Shown in pieces: positions 28,301-41,400 of a stretch of 64,000 nucleotides of DNA (position 1 is the stretch's first letter; each line of letters starts with the position of its first letter). The notes below the pieces were generated by a model. It saw only the letters and a program-made list of their open reading frames with translations. It had not been told where the DNA came from and searched no databases. A program made the translations under genes and the position numbers. This stretch comes from Acanthaster planci. Its lineage: Eukaryota. The stretch is from positions 930,789 to 994,788 of the forward strand of contig NW_019091356.1 of the NCBI RefSeq assembly GCF_001949145.1. The letters run 5' to 3'.

Positions 28301-31300
28301 AAGAGTCATTTGGATTCATCGAGAGAGCTGATGTCGTCAAAGAGGTATACATCGGCCATTCATATTGGTTGTGTGCATTGATTGTTGAGGGCACTGTGTT
28401 GTATACTCTTGGAAGTTTTGGCTATGTCTGAATTAACTGGCTAGGGCCAGCTGCAGCACATGTTTCTATTGAAAGTTAACCGCAGCCGCAAGCCAATGAC
28501 TTTACCCTGGCTAACACATCATTTCTGTCCAAAGAGGTGAAGTGGGACGGGTCTCGTCTAGCTGAACCGTAGTGCCTAGACCAGCAGGCGAGGTCACATT
28601 GCCGTCAAATTAGTCACTTTAGAGGCAAAGTATTTTGGCACCAAAAATGTAAGAACTTTTCTACTTGCTGATAAAAGATCACAACTTTTTAATTGAAGAG
28701 ATAACTTTTCAATTGTCTCTGTGTTTCTTCCTTTCAGATTTTCTTTCATTACAGTAGCTTTACAGGAGATATCAATGACCTTCTACTAGGAGACGACGTG
28801 GAGTTTGAAGTTGGACATAGAAATGTAATTCCTTGTCAAGTGAATACCATTATCATATAAGTATGAGATTATGGAGTTTTGTCTCCTCCCTTCGTTTTCC
28901 ATGTTGTTAGAATTTGAAGTTTTCCCTACAAATTTTAAATAGTTCAACACCCAAGTAGCTGTCAGCAGGCCTGACTTCAACTCTAATCTAATTCTCCAAA
29001 CCTCTTAATTCAACCCAAATCCATTTGTTGATTCTCACGATGCAGGACAAGGAGGTTGCTGTCAACATCAAGAAGCTGGCGACTGGCACCGTCATCTTTG
29101 AGGACATCAGCGAGAAATTGGAGGAAGGCACCCTCTCCAAAACCATCCCTCGCTTCACGACCAAGAAAAGTAACGACCCGTTCCCCGGCAAACTCATCTA
29201 CGTCCTCGATGACGGAGGGTATGTCACACAGATTTCCTTTTGAATCGCTGTTGTTCCTTGTGCTTTTCTGTTTGAAAGGGATTCCGTTTGCATTACCATG
29301 TAAGATTTATAGTTCAAATTATCTCTGCTTTGTAAAAGAAAGAATTGTTTCTGTGCTGGAAATCAAATTGTATGAAACAGTGAATCAACACGTTGTCCAA
29401 TTTGGGCCCAACATTTACTCCTGGAAACAGTTTTGAAGTTAGCTTGTATTTTTCACACACCCCTCCATTGAAACTAACCTCTCCCCCTCATGCAAGTCCT
29501 CTAGCTTGTTAATCTTACAATCCATCTCACAAATCCTTGTCATGATTTAATGTATTTGCAGCAAACGTGAGTTATCCTTCGGAGATAAAGACCTTTTGAA
29601 TTCTTACACTCTATGCGTCGGCGACATAGTCAAGTTTAACATTGCCACCGACAAACGAGATCACCTACAGAGAGCCACCAACCTGGAACTTTCAGAGAAG
29701 ACTTTCAAAGAAAAGGAAGCAACTGAAGTCAGAGAAACGGTACCCCTCCATGAATAATGTCTGATTATTAAAGGAAGTTAGGAAAATGGAAGGCATAGTT
29801 TACCTTCAAGATTTAATGACACAAAACTATAAATCCTTGTGACGACTTTTCAAGAAAGATATAAAATAACTCATGATTTCTTTCAACTAAACCCAAGATG
29901 AAATTGACGACTTGCACCAATTTTTGCCATGATCTGAGAAAACTGACTTGAGGAGCTTTGAACCCGTGACTTTTTGACCTTTAAACTTCCTTCCAACTTC
30001 AGCTGAACAATACTTTTCTCTTTTGCCATCTGACCTTTTGACCTCAACCGTTTGACCTTTGATCTGACCAGGGTATCGTTGCTGCTGTCAAGGATGGGTT
30101 TGGCTTCATCAAGTGTGTGGATAGAGATGCCAGGATGTTCTTTCACTTCAATGAGATGCTTCACTCTGTAAGTCAAAATAAAAATTGAAGACAAACAGTG
30201 GCTTTGACCTTACATCTGAAGCCATGAAAAGTTTTTATATTGCTTCCTAAATAAGTAAATCCCCATTTTTTGTTGTTTTTACTCTGGATTGTTTATTTTT
30301 TTCCCCTGTAGGGTGACATCCACATATCTGACGAAGTGGAATTCTCTGTAATGACAGTAAGTATTCAAATTGTTTGAAGTTTTACTCAGGTACTTCTTGT
30401 CAGGAAATTCATTTCAGCTTAAGGCTGTTAGACTCCTCTTCCTTTAGTCCTAGCCAATTCTCTGCCATTTTATTTTCTAGCTCATCAAGTTGTCTTTAAT
30501 ATCTGGTAGTTTGAAATTCAACCCAAAAATTTTTGTTGCATCATCACACCCATATTTTCTTGGCTAGTTTCATTCCAGCCAACTTTGTCTCTCTGTTTGG
30601 TTTAGTTGTAAGTGTGAAGTTTTCTTTAAAAGTTTACTTTCTCCCTGTCACCTTGCAGGATCCCACCCAACCCCAGCGTCAGATTGCCACTCGGATTAAG
30701 AAGCTGCCCAAAGGCACAGTCACATTCCAGATAGTCCTAACCAAACGCCTGAAAGGATTAGTGGACAAGCTGCCTGATAACCTGGTAGGCTGCAAAATGC
30801 ATCGGGATACAGGCTTTGCATGGCTGCCATCTTGCAGGGCAGTGCTTTTGTTCCACAGGGTCTATAAAAAGGACTTATGAGGTTTCCCTGTGGAACAAAC
30901 GAACTGCCCTGCAAGATGGCAGTCATGCAAACCCTCTGTTAGGAACTAACTAGCTCTGTGGGAAGGAAACATGATTTTTCTTTCTTCAATTTTTCAATTT
31001 TGTTGAGACATTTTCTAGTATTTGGGGAAGTATGCCAAATCATGTTCTAGTCCGTATCTTGTCAATAGGGAGATGGTAGATAAGTAAAATTATATTCTAT
31101 TAATCAGTCAAAATTTATAGCAAAGTTTTAATTTTTTTCCCAATAGTGGGGGCGCAGTCCAGGTAAAAATCGTGACCATACTCCAGAGCTGGGCAGCATC
31201 AGTTACCGAGACAACGGAGCTGCCAAGGTCATCAAATTTCATGCCAAAGACACCGATGTACGCATCCCTCCGGACCTGGGTGACGAGGTACGTAGCAAAG

Positions 31301-34300
31301 AGATATTTACTGGCCAAATTGGAGCAAAGATTTCACTCATTTGACATGATGTGCACAAGAGAAAGACGGATGATCTCTCAGAGTTAGGTGTGGCTTTGGC
31401 AATAATGAAACCTTTGTTCATCATTTTGGTGCTATAAAAATTATGGTTTTTCTGATTTTACGAAGTGAACGAGGCCTGATCAAACCCAGCTGGCAAGCGT
31501 TGCACTTCAAGTACCGCTGCAGCAAATCTTCCAAAAACCTCAAAACTAAACCATAATGTAAACTCACCACCACTAGTGGCACCATCAATATCTAAGAAAT
31601 CCTGTGCGATTCTGTGATATCCAACTCCTTCGATTTTTTGCAATTCACAGGTGGAGTTCAACATAGCTGAGGTGAAGCGGGACGGGTCTCGTCTGGCTGT
31701 GTCCATCGTGGTGCTGAACCGTAGCGCCAAGACCAGCAGGCGAGGTCACATCGCCGTCTTGAAGGAGAGCTTTGGCTTTATAGAAACAGAAGATCACGAC
31801 CACGAAGTCTTCTTTCACTACAGGTAGGTGATTGGACACGTCAAGTTTGGGCTCATCTCTCAGGGCATTTTGATCAGAAACTTCTCTGAAGTGTTCCAAA
31901 GTTACCATGGCAGGAACTCAGTGCCATATATCCTGTGCCGGAACTTTCAAGGAGCAACAAGTCAGTTGTTAAGGAGTAGTGACTGGGCTCCGCCTTCCTT
32001 AAACTTGCAAAATCTCTCCAAAGCTCCAATGGATATTAGTTGAGGATTTTCTTGGAAACTTAGGGTTACTGAGACTCCTCACGGATGTCAGTTTGTTTGT
32101 TGTCCTTAACTCAAGTAGATCATATGTCTTTTCTACTTTTTATAAAAAAAAACCAGATTGCCACTTTGTCCAAGAGCAAGACTGTATTTGATTTGAAACA
32201 GTTCTGTATTATTTTATACCGTGCATTTGTTTTTGTCTCCCGTCACCGTCACACATGGAATGATCTTGACAGCTTTCAACCGGTTGATGTCACTCAGTCT
32301 GTATTAAATACTTGAAAGAAGAATATTTTACAATTTTGGTACCTTGCAGTGAATTTTCGGGTGACGTGAATGAAATTGAAGTCGGAGACGAAGTGAGCTA
32401 CTCTCTGATCCGCAAAGGACCAAAAATCAGTGCTGAGGAGGTCACCAGGCTACCTAAAGGAACCATCCCTTCTATGGTCAATCACTCAATTCTTTCATGA
32501 TTTCCCCCTCTCAAATCATTCTTTAAAATGAAATTTGAAGAAGAATTATGGGGCATAATCAGTTCACATTTGTGGAAAGGCCTCAGTGCACCTGTAGTTT
32601 CACTCAGGCCAACATACTGTACCTATGTTTGCAGTTTCTCCAGGGTACACTAAACTACCGATTCAGAGTTTGAAAAAAAGGGTCAGCTGTAAGAAGAGAT
32701 GTCAGTTGAAGGGTTCAGCATCGGAGTTGTGTGCCCAGGTCCTCATCAGGACAACTAGAGTAGGCTTATTCAAACTTCTGCAAAATGCCTCATCTGCTCC
32801 ATTGTGCGTTGTTTGCTACACAGACCAAGAAACCGGGACTTCTCCAAGGCAAAGTCATCCGTCCCTTGAGGAACATTGACCCTCAGCAAGCCGAGTATAA
32901 CGGGCTCATCAAAGTCATCAAGGAAGGTAGGGTGCACTGTTCCCGGTGTTACCATTCATCTGTAATGGAATTTGATTTTGTTCTTGTTGAAGAAATTAAG
33001 AGAATAATTGTGGAATTTTACTCATTCAGTGTTCAGTTTTGCTACAGTTCTACCGAAATGTTTACCAGTTATTGCCTTATCTACATTCTTCAGATGACAG
33101 TGAGGGTGCCGTCTACCCATATTGCATCATCAGCCTGTCGGACAAGCATGATTTCTTACAGAAAGGAGACCCAGTGCAGTTTCAGCTGGGTTCATCATCT
33201 GATAACGGCAAGGAGTGGGCATGCAGTGTGGTCACCATCAGGAAGATCCTACGCACTCACGTGGACTGCATCAAAGGACATGTATGCACAGACTACAGTC
33301 TTGTTCCCAACTCTCCCAACCTTTGCCTCAACCATCAAACAATCATCACCTATCAGTCCATCAACCATCACTTCTCTAACCATCAAACCATCAACCATCA
33401 ACTGTTAATCCATCAACTGTCACTACTCTAACCATCAAACCATCACCTATCAGTCCATCAACCATCACCACTCTAACCATCAAACCATCACCTATCAATC
33501 CATCAACCATCACTACTCTAACCATCAACCATCACCTGTTCATCTATCAACCATCACTACTCTAACCATCAAACCATCACCTATCAATCATCACTTCTCT
33601 AACCATCAAACCATCAACCATCACCTGTTCATCCATCAACCATCACTACTCTAACCATCAAACCATCACCCATCAATCCATCAACCATCACTCCTCTTAC
33701 CATCAAACCATCAACCATCATTCCCAAATTCATCAACCATTAACCACCAACCTATCAACCACCAACTAACCAATCACCTGTAACCCTGTCAGCCATCACT
33801 CCTCTAACCATCAACCAACAAACCATCCACCATCACCCTTTTATAAGGAGGTTTTCAGTTGAACATCTAAACATTTCTCTTTTGGACAGTTTGGCTTCTT
33901 GAACTATGACCCCGGAGATGGCAAGAAGCTGTTCTTTCACATGAGCGAGGTGCAGGATGGTTTTGACTTACACCCGGGTGACGAGGTGGAATTCGTGCTG
34001 ATTCAGAACCAGCAAAATGGCCGACACAGTGCAATCAACATTCGTCGACTCAGGTGAGATTTGGTCACAATTGTGTATGAAGGGGCACTACATCTTTGAT
34101 TGCCGTCTTTGAGTCAGAAAAAACAACTTGAGAAACTTGCTGAGATGAAGTTGCACCTGCTTATAGTTGGTAACATCTTAATTGATTGACTATTGAGCAT
34201 TTTTAACAGAGAAGAGCCAGTAGCTTTTTGAATTGGACATAGTATTTGAGCAAAACTATTCAATAATTCCAAGTAATGTCATGGGTAATGATAAGCTAGC

Positions 34301-34530
34301 AGTGAATAGACTTATAGGGTCATGTTCATAGCCTGCTTGATAGATGAATGTCTTCTTACGTCAACAGTGAAATCCAACGGCCAGGACATCTCAGCCGTCT
34401 CAAGAGTACACCAAGTGAGGAAAAAGGCCCTCGCATGATAGTTACGAGGACACCCAGAGGCCCAGATGGCACCAAGGGGTTCAACCTGGCACGCACAATC
34501 CAAAATGGAAACAACGAGAAGGAAATCTAA
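25350..34530 (+). CDS. CSDE1: Cold shock domain-containing protein E1 (UNR), 821 aa
   Basis: 21 coding exons: 25350-25373, 25609-25703, 25956-25995, 26745-26841, 26955-27115, 27369-27425, 27743-27843, 28218-28344, 28738-28824, 29046-29218, 29562-29739, 30072-30167, 30312-30356, 30659-30784, 31147-31287, 31651-31823, 32350-32476, 32824-32926, 33094-33281, 33890-34053, 34368-34530 (2466 nt). [10 protein letters not shown], five canonical CSDs (YGFI/FGFI..FFH) and C-terminal SUZ-C ([12 protein letters not shown]). The first two exons are less certain. Confidence 0.94.
28534..28606 (+). pseudogene. Intronic degenerate copy of part of CSDE1 exon 31651-31823
   Basis: GAGGTGAAGTGGGACGGGTCTCGTCT..GCTGAACCGTAGTGCCTAGACCAGCAGGCGAGGTCACATTGCCGTC matches 31669-31758 with a 17-nt deletion. 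Confidence 0.85.
30809..30939. mobile_element. MITE family A, near-complete palindromic copy
   Basis: TTTGCATGGCTGCCATCTTGCAGGGCAGT..TTGTTCCACAGGG / CCCTGTGGAACAA..ACTGCCCTGCAAGATGGCAGTCATGCAAA. Confidence 0.85.
33329..33835. repeat. AACCATCA-based minisatellite in a CSDE1 intron
   Basis: Degenerate ~45-bp higher-order unit built from AACCATCA sub-repeats. Confidence 0.9.
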
Positions 34531-36599
34531 AAAGCAAATCAGAAAAGATACAATCTGAAGAAAATATCCAATTTGGTTTGGGCAAAATGGCACTTTCTTC
34601 TGCAGTGGCAGATTTGCGTGTTCGCTCTGGGGAAGTGTTTTAGTTTCCTTCCAAATGAGATGAAGAAAGTAGAAAAACTGTTGAGAACTTATTAAGGTTA
34701 TTGGCTTTGCTGCAGAGAAAAAAGGACCCTCGTTTGACTTCGAGACTAACGTTGTGTTAACTGAACATGAGAAAAAGGGAAGAAAAAAATATTTAAATAC
34801 ATGCGAAAAAGCAAAGAAAAGAAAAAAATAAAACAAAAGTCTGTGAAATTGAAAAAAAAAGGAAAAAAAACTTGAAAAATTCTACCAAGAAAGTAAAAAA
34901 AAAAAAACAAGGAAAAAGTTAGATATTTACGATGAATTTGAAAAGAGGAAAAGAGAATTAATATGAAGACGGTATTAACCTGAAAAAGTATTAACCAATG
35001 AATGAATTACACTTTGCCAGAAATGTTTTTAAGATTTATATGCTCCGATTCTGCCAAAACAGTTGCACCAACGTCATTTTTAGTAAAGGTGCAGTAACAG
35101 GTAACTCTGTCATACTGCAGTTATGTAACTATGGTCTTGCTCCTGGGATACATGGATAAACTAATGTGTGCCCTTGGTCACGACATCATTGGCACCAATC
35201 CATTTTCATCCAAAGCCGTGTCTGAAAGTAGTGGCTGTGGCTAGGGATAGTATGAAAACCTGTGGAAGTTGCCTGTCAGTGGCTGTAGCCACTTTTCATA
35301 GCTAGGTGTGTTGCTGTAAGCTACAGCCAGTCCATTTGGACACATCCTAGCTCGTGCACAAAATGACCCAACAGACTATAGTGTCTGTGAAAAGCTCAAA
35401 TTGTCAGGCAAGACAAATTACTCTGTAAAAGTTCAATTCAAAAAAATAATAAAATAATTGTACTCTTGAAATCCATCTGCAGGAAAAAATGCTCAATGTA
35501 ATGGGGCATAAGACATCAAACAGATTGAAGTATGTTGTCCCAGGAAAACGGAGAATATGTTGAAGATCGTTCGGGGAGTTGTAGTAGGAATAGATGACAT
35601 ATTAATTCTTTCAAGCCATCTGGAGTTGATAAAAATTTGCTCCCAACAAGGGGGAAAAGAAACAAATGCGAGGCCCAACATTTCAAAACCACTGGAAACG
35701 TTCTAAGTGTACCCAGTGGACACATTCATTGGAAGGAAAAAGCAAAGAAGTTAACTCAAACTGCCACAGTGGTCTGTGCAATACGTGTCAACTCCAAGTC
35801 CACCTTGCGTGCAGGAAACTATAGGTTAGTCTCTTCATCCGCAGTAAGCAACCTGAATATCGTCGGGTAGGGACTTGGAACAAACTTGAGGGTCAGTTGT
35901 TCCTAGCCCGTGTTTGTCCTCTTGAAATTAAGGAATTCTACATTAACTAGGCACTAATTTTAAAAAAGGTAACAGATGCTATGACCTGTGCACAAGATGG
36001 CACTGAAGCAGGCAGTGCAAATTGGATCGGATATTACAAAGATGGTTATTATGCCTGACCATTTTTGAATTTAGAATTTCAAATCCAGCACCAAAGTCAA
36101 AATGCTGCCATTTGATAGTGCATTATCATCGCAGGGCCTTCTGTGTTATCAAGCTAGGAAACTCAACGGAATAGAGACACCACTGGCTTGGTAGTCTTGG
36201 CTGAGATTTGGTTTCCTTGCTTGGAAAATTTACAAAAGCACACTGTGAGCATTGTCTACAACCTCACGTTGTTTCACAGTGACAACTTTGAAGAAATACC
36301 ACTGTGGTGCGGAAAAAAGATGGAAATAAACTAACAACTCTGTAACAGAAAAAAGTGTTGTTTCTTATTGAATTATTGCTTTGTGTTGCTTGTCAAATGG
36401 TCAAAAATATATTTGGACTGCTATTTGAAACATTTGGATATGTTGACCTGGGGGGAAATCTAGTTGGTAAGGAAGTGCGAGTTTTCATTTACTATTTATC
36501 ATTTCTTTTGAAAATGCATATAAGAGACTGCACAAAATAATATGAAAAACAATTTTTTTCCTCTTTTTTTTCCAGAGTTTTTTGCAATGTTTGACTATT

Positions 36600-36725
36600 G
36601 CCGCGTTGCGCGCGTCTTGAAAAAAGGCTAGGGGGATATTTCCTTTGTGAAGTGACCTAGATGACCTCACCGGAAGTTAACTGTATCAAAGGGAGCCATT
36701 TTGTTCGTGACGACAGTTTGGCCAT
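36600..36725 (+). promoter_or_regulatory. Putative DYM promoter and non-coding first exon
   Basis: CG-rich GCGTTGCGCGCG near 36603, DR3 TGACCT-AGA-TGACCT 36653-36667, ETS CCGGAAGT 36670-36677, YY1-like GCCATTTTG 36695-36703, donor CAT|GTAAGA at 36725; acceptor at 38363 upstream of the ATG. Confidence 0.6.
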
Positions 36726-38481
36726 GTAAGAAGTGCTACGTGTCGCCTGAAACTGTGGTTAGTTTTACAGCCAGAGTAAACCTTGCAGTTTGAAATTGTG
36801 CTAATACTAGGTGTTGATTATTCATAAGTAGACTTTTGAAGAGGTGATTCCTGCCATTTCTTGCAATTTGGAGACGAAATTTCCAGCTAGATTTTGGATG
36901 AGAAATTGGGTTTTTTGGTTTGGTAGCTAGGTTCGCGTGTGATTTGTGGCCACGAATATCTCTCGTCGTGAGAGGTACCAGACTATTCTCTAAAGATTTC
37001 TTGGTCTTATCACTCGCTCTTATTCTTAAGTTTAGAGTGAAGCTTTTAAAGCTGAAGTGCACGTTTTTGGTGCATTTTCTTTCGGTTTGTACATATTAAT
37101 GATATGTGGTTATGCTGAAGTGCCGCTTGGAGGAAGAGAAACGTTTTGGTTTCAATTTCAGGGAGACTTTTGGGGACTGACACATGACTGAGTAAGACTT
37201 AGCTAAGGCCTATTTTTGTTGACCAAAATAAACCCTGGTCAGGGTGGCCAATTGGGCATAGAACTCCTTTTATTTTTAAAAAATTTTGCACATGTCTTAT
37301 TAATGCCCCTCTGGGAGTTATTATAAAAACTTATATCGCACAGTTGTCACCTCAAATGTGGCCAAAAACCACGCCAATTACCATGATTACATGTACTACT
37401 TCCAGAACTGAAAGGTTTTCACAAACCATACACCAAGTTATAGATAGCACTGTACAACCCGCTTTAGCAAAATTTCAGCTCTTTTGCCAACTTACCCTGT
37501 CATCACAAACATTTTGCACAAAAAAGATTTCATTCATCCCATCTTGATGAGGTAATATCATAACACATGTCAGCTGGGGAGGTTTATTCAGCTTATTTAT
37601 TATTAAAATGGTGAAATTCACATGTATTTTGCCCATATCCACATATCCATGTGCACTGTGTGTATATGGGGATATTGTACAAATACACGTGACCCGGCCC
37701 ACTCCATGCACACTGCACAATCGCAAGCACTGCACAGGCGACACCCGCCGGCCTATCCAACGACTTAACAGCGCATGCCCAAGCCAAGCATTTTAATGTA
37801 CCATGCAGTAATGTTAGTCTAGAACAAGTGCTCATCAACGTGTACATGTTATTGGCATACCGAGAGCTCCACGTTTTTCATGCACATGGGACAATTGTAT
37901 GGTTGGGGCAGTATTTTAACTAACACCGCAATGTAGTGTTTGCAGTTTAGTGATCCGAACTGTACATACATGATGATCGGGACTACCCTGATTAATTCTC
38001 ACGTACGTTGTGTGCAAAATCACTGGCCTGGTCAGTTTTTGTGGTACGCAAAATGCCGAGGAAAGAACGGCTGCAGTCAAAACAGGCCGAAGCCTTTCGA
38101 CACTCGGCTGCTGATTTGACACTTACAACTGACATGTTAAGTATAATTCGTATTCTACTTTTTCGTAGACCCTGAATCATTTTCATGCGATATAAACAAA
38201 AATCGGGATAGCATTAATGCCCAGAACTTTGGTACGCTGATGGTATTAATGCCCTCACGGTTGGCATTACTGCCCTTTATTTCAGCCAGTCCACCAATGC
38301 CAAATTCAAGGCCTGAGCCTCGATTAATTTAGTTTTCTATTTTCATATCTGCATTTGTTGCAGGAAATATTTGTGGCATTCTTGTTGCCACGGTAACTCT
38401 CTTTTTTGCCCATCTTGGCCTCTCGACCCAAACTCACAAGTGTCACCAAGGGGTATTGACTACTGTTGCCTAGCAACAACC

Positions 38482-41400
38482 ATGGGAGCCAACAGCAGCA
38501 GCTTCAGCGAGCTGACCACCAATCCCTTCCTGCAGCGGTTTGTGGGCAAAGAGGTGGTGTCGGAGAAGGATCCGTTCTGGAACCAGTTGTTGTCGTACTC
38601 CTTCCGAGTTCCTCACTGTAGCTCAGACGCTCGCCTGTTGGAGGAATCCACACTGCACTTGTGCAAGATGCTTGGTGTGTACCTCTCACGTTCACATGGA
38701 GCTTACGCTAAATAAGACATTGTTGACAGTATACAGTCACTATTGTCCATCGTTGGAGAAGTCAGCAGTTTGTTTATTTTGATTCATGCACTTGGACAAA
38801 GACGTCATTCAAATAACATTTTTATCTTGTCAAATCTTAAAAATCAAATAAATGAGTTCCCTAGTTTTGTTGCGAATAAGAATTTTTTGCATAAAAGGAG
38901 ACTAGAGAATTTGTCAAAAAGGTGATGTACACGTTTGAGGAGATTTTTCCTGACGTTTTCCAATCTGACTTTTCTTGTTCTACAGCCCAAAACAACTTGC
39001 AGTCTGGTAACCTGTGTACGTTAATCCGAGTATTCTTGAAGAGGGTTGCAGAGCTCAAGACTTCAACACAGAAAGAAGAGTAAGATGTCTCACCAGAATT
39101 TGATCTGAGACCTTTAACCTGTACCTATGCTGAGATATGTTGCTTCTTTGCTTCAAGGTCTTGTAACATTGTTGACTAGCTGCAAGAAGTGCCTTTTTCT
39201 GAAGCAACATGAAGGCAAAATATTTCTTTGGATCTTCAGTAGCTGTGGTTGATGCTCGTTTGTTGGATATTTCATCACCTTGTAATTTGGTGTCTTTTTA
39301 GTGAAATACGATAATCCTGCCTATTGTGGGTTTGTAATGGACTATACAGCAAATACTGTCTTTTTCTCTGTAACCAATTTGTGGCTGTTCATAAACATGT
39401 ATCATGGAAAGGCATCAAAATTACATAGCACGAGTAAAATTGTCATCACTTTCTGATTTTGAGTAATTTTTGTGGAGTTCCAAAAGTGTTTTGGTAGAGC
39501 GTTGCAGGGGATAATTCTCACTGCCTTCCCTTCCTCGTTTTCCTCCCCATCCAAGCCATGTCTTTGTCTGGCAGACGTACAATGCCCTCTTCATCATCCG
39601 GAGTTCCCTAAAGTACCTTCTGGAGAATTTCTCTGAGGGGCGTATTGTCCAGCATCTGTCGGTGGTGGTGCCCGACGCGGCGCGGACTGCCGCTTTTCTA
39701 GAAGATGGTCTGGATGGGTTGGACATGGCAGATAACGAGAGTAGACCTGTACAGACTCTCTTGGAAGAGTTCCTGCATTCGTTGCTGACGCTCCTGGTTG
39801 AAGTACCCGTCCTGTAAGTTATTTTGGATTCCTTTTTCATTTATTTGACTAGGGATTTGACCGAAATTATCAAACCTTCCAAGATCCTTCACAAATGAAT
39901 CCACCAGGAGGTTTTGTAGGGCTCAGTACGAGTAGAACCTATCTCCTGTTGCTTCATGTGGGATGGTATTGAAGTGCAAAGGATGTGCCATTGGTTTCCC
40001 ACAGAGTGAAGGATTTGGTAGGATCCAGGAAGATTCCATCCAAGAACGTCTGGGGAATTAAGAGTCAAATTGATGTGTTTTCCTTACATTGAACAAAACT
40101 TGGGATTTTTTAACCGAATCATGTGCAAATCAATCATGGCTTGGCTGATAACGACCCAAACCCATCAAAATTGTGTAAGCACCTGTGTCGGATTGTTATA
40201 GATTAAGGGTTTGGGTGCTTACGTCTTTCTTTTCATAAATTCTCTTACCTTTCGGCCGCTGCAGAAATTTCAGCTACGTACTCCATCTTGAAGCCATCAA
40301 CACGTTACTGATTGTGCTGTCAGTCCAGATGTTCATCCCAAGAATTGCCCACAAGAGCCTCTTCTTCGATTGCATGATGCAGGGCAACTGGTAAGATAGG
40401 TCTAAATGCATTCAGGGAGAACTCCCGCCTGGCCAGTTTGGTGATCTCGATTTTTTTTCTAGCCAGGGAGAATTTGACAAGTTTTCTGTGGCCTGATTGT
40501 ACATGTTCTTGTAAAATACTTGTGTTTTTTCATCAACAATAATTAAGTTTTTTCCTTTGTTTAACAGAATCCTAGCTTATAATTGTTATCAAGTCCCTTG
40601 CTTTGTCATTTTCTTGTTAGTGATTTGATAGAATTGGTCACAGGTAAATGTTGTGAAATTTGGACAAGGCTTTGTTTTTTGATGAAGATTTTTAAGGTGA
40701 TGGAACCGGAGGAATATCTGATATGAGGTTTTCACAGCAGTTATCTCTCTTTCCTTCCAACAGTGCCAAGGATGCCCACATTTTGGTGAAAACCCTCCTG
40801 GACCATTTTGTGAAGCACGAGGAGTGTCCAGCAGAGTTACTGAAGCCCCAGGAATCGTCGCCTAGCTTCCTGTATGGAATCACGGCAGCCGTTGCAGGTA
40901 TAGAATGGACTGTATCCAAGTTTCGGCCATCTTGAATTGAAAGGGAGGTTAACCTTTCATTTTCAGAACCTGAGAGTAAAAATAACTGCAACAAAATACC
41001 TTTTATTTCGAATTAATACCTGTTTACATTAAGAATCATTTAGAATTTGTATTAAATTGTATCTAAATGTTTTAAATCACCTTGATACTGAAAGTGAGGT
41101 TGGTAACCCAAAATAGTCTGGCACCACCCCATTTATCAGATTACATTGAATATGATAGATTCAGGGAACACGACTGAAAATGGCTCCCCCCTTGGTCTGT
41201 TATTTCCATGTTTTTAAAGAGTCTCTTAGTGATAGAGAGAAAAATTCCTTCCTAGGCCAGTTTTTGAACCTCTGGCATTGGCAGTAAACACCAGCTTTTC
41301 AATACTGAGTGTCCATTTTGGAACTTTTTTTCGTAAGCTGCACTTCGCCCAGAAAATGATCAAGTCATGTAAGAGACCATCTCAAAATGTGTTTCAATTG

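Noticed and set aside
29967..30070. Cluster of TGACCT half-sites (DR1/DR2-like)
   Set aside because: Overlaps the branch and pyrimidine region of an acceptor and looks like a low-complexity TGACCTT repeat; no independent support.
34312..34836. 174-aa hydrophobic minus-strand ORF
   Set aside because: Antisense shadow of the last CSDE1 exon and its A-rich UTR.
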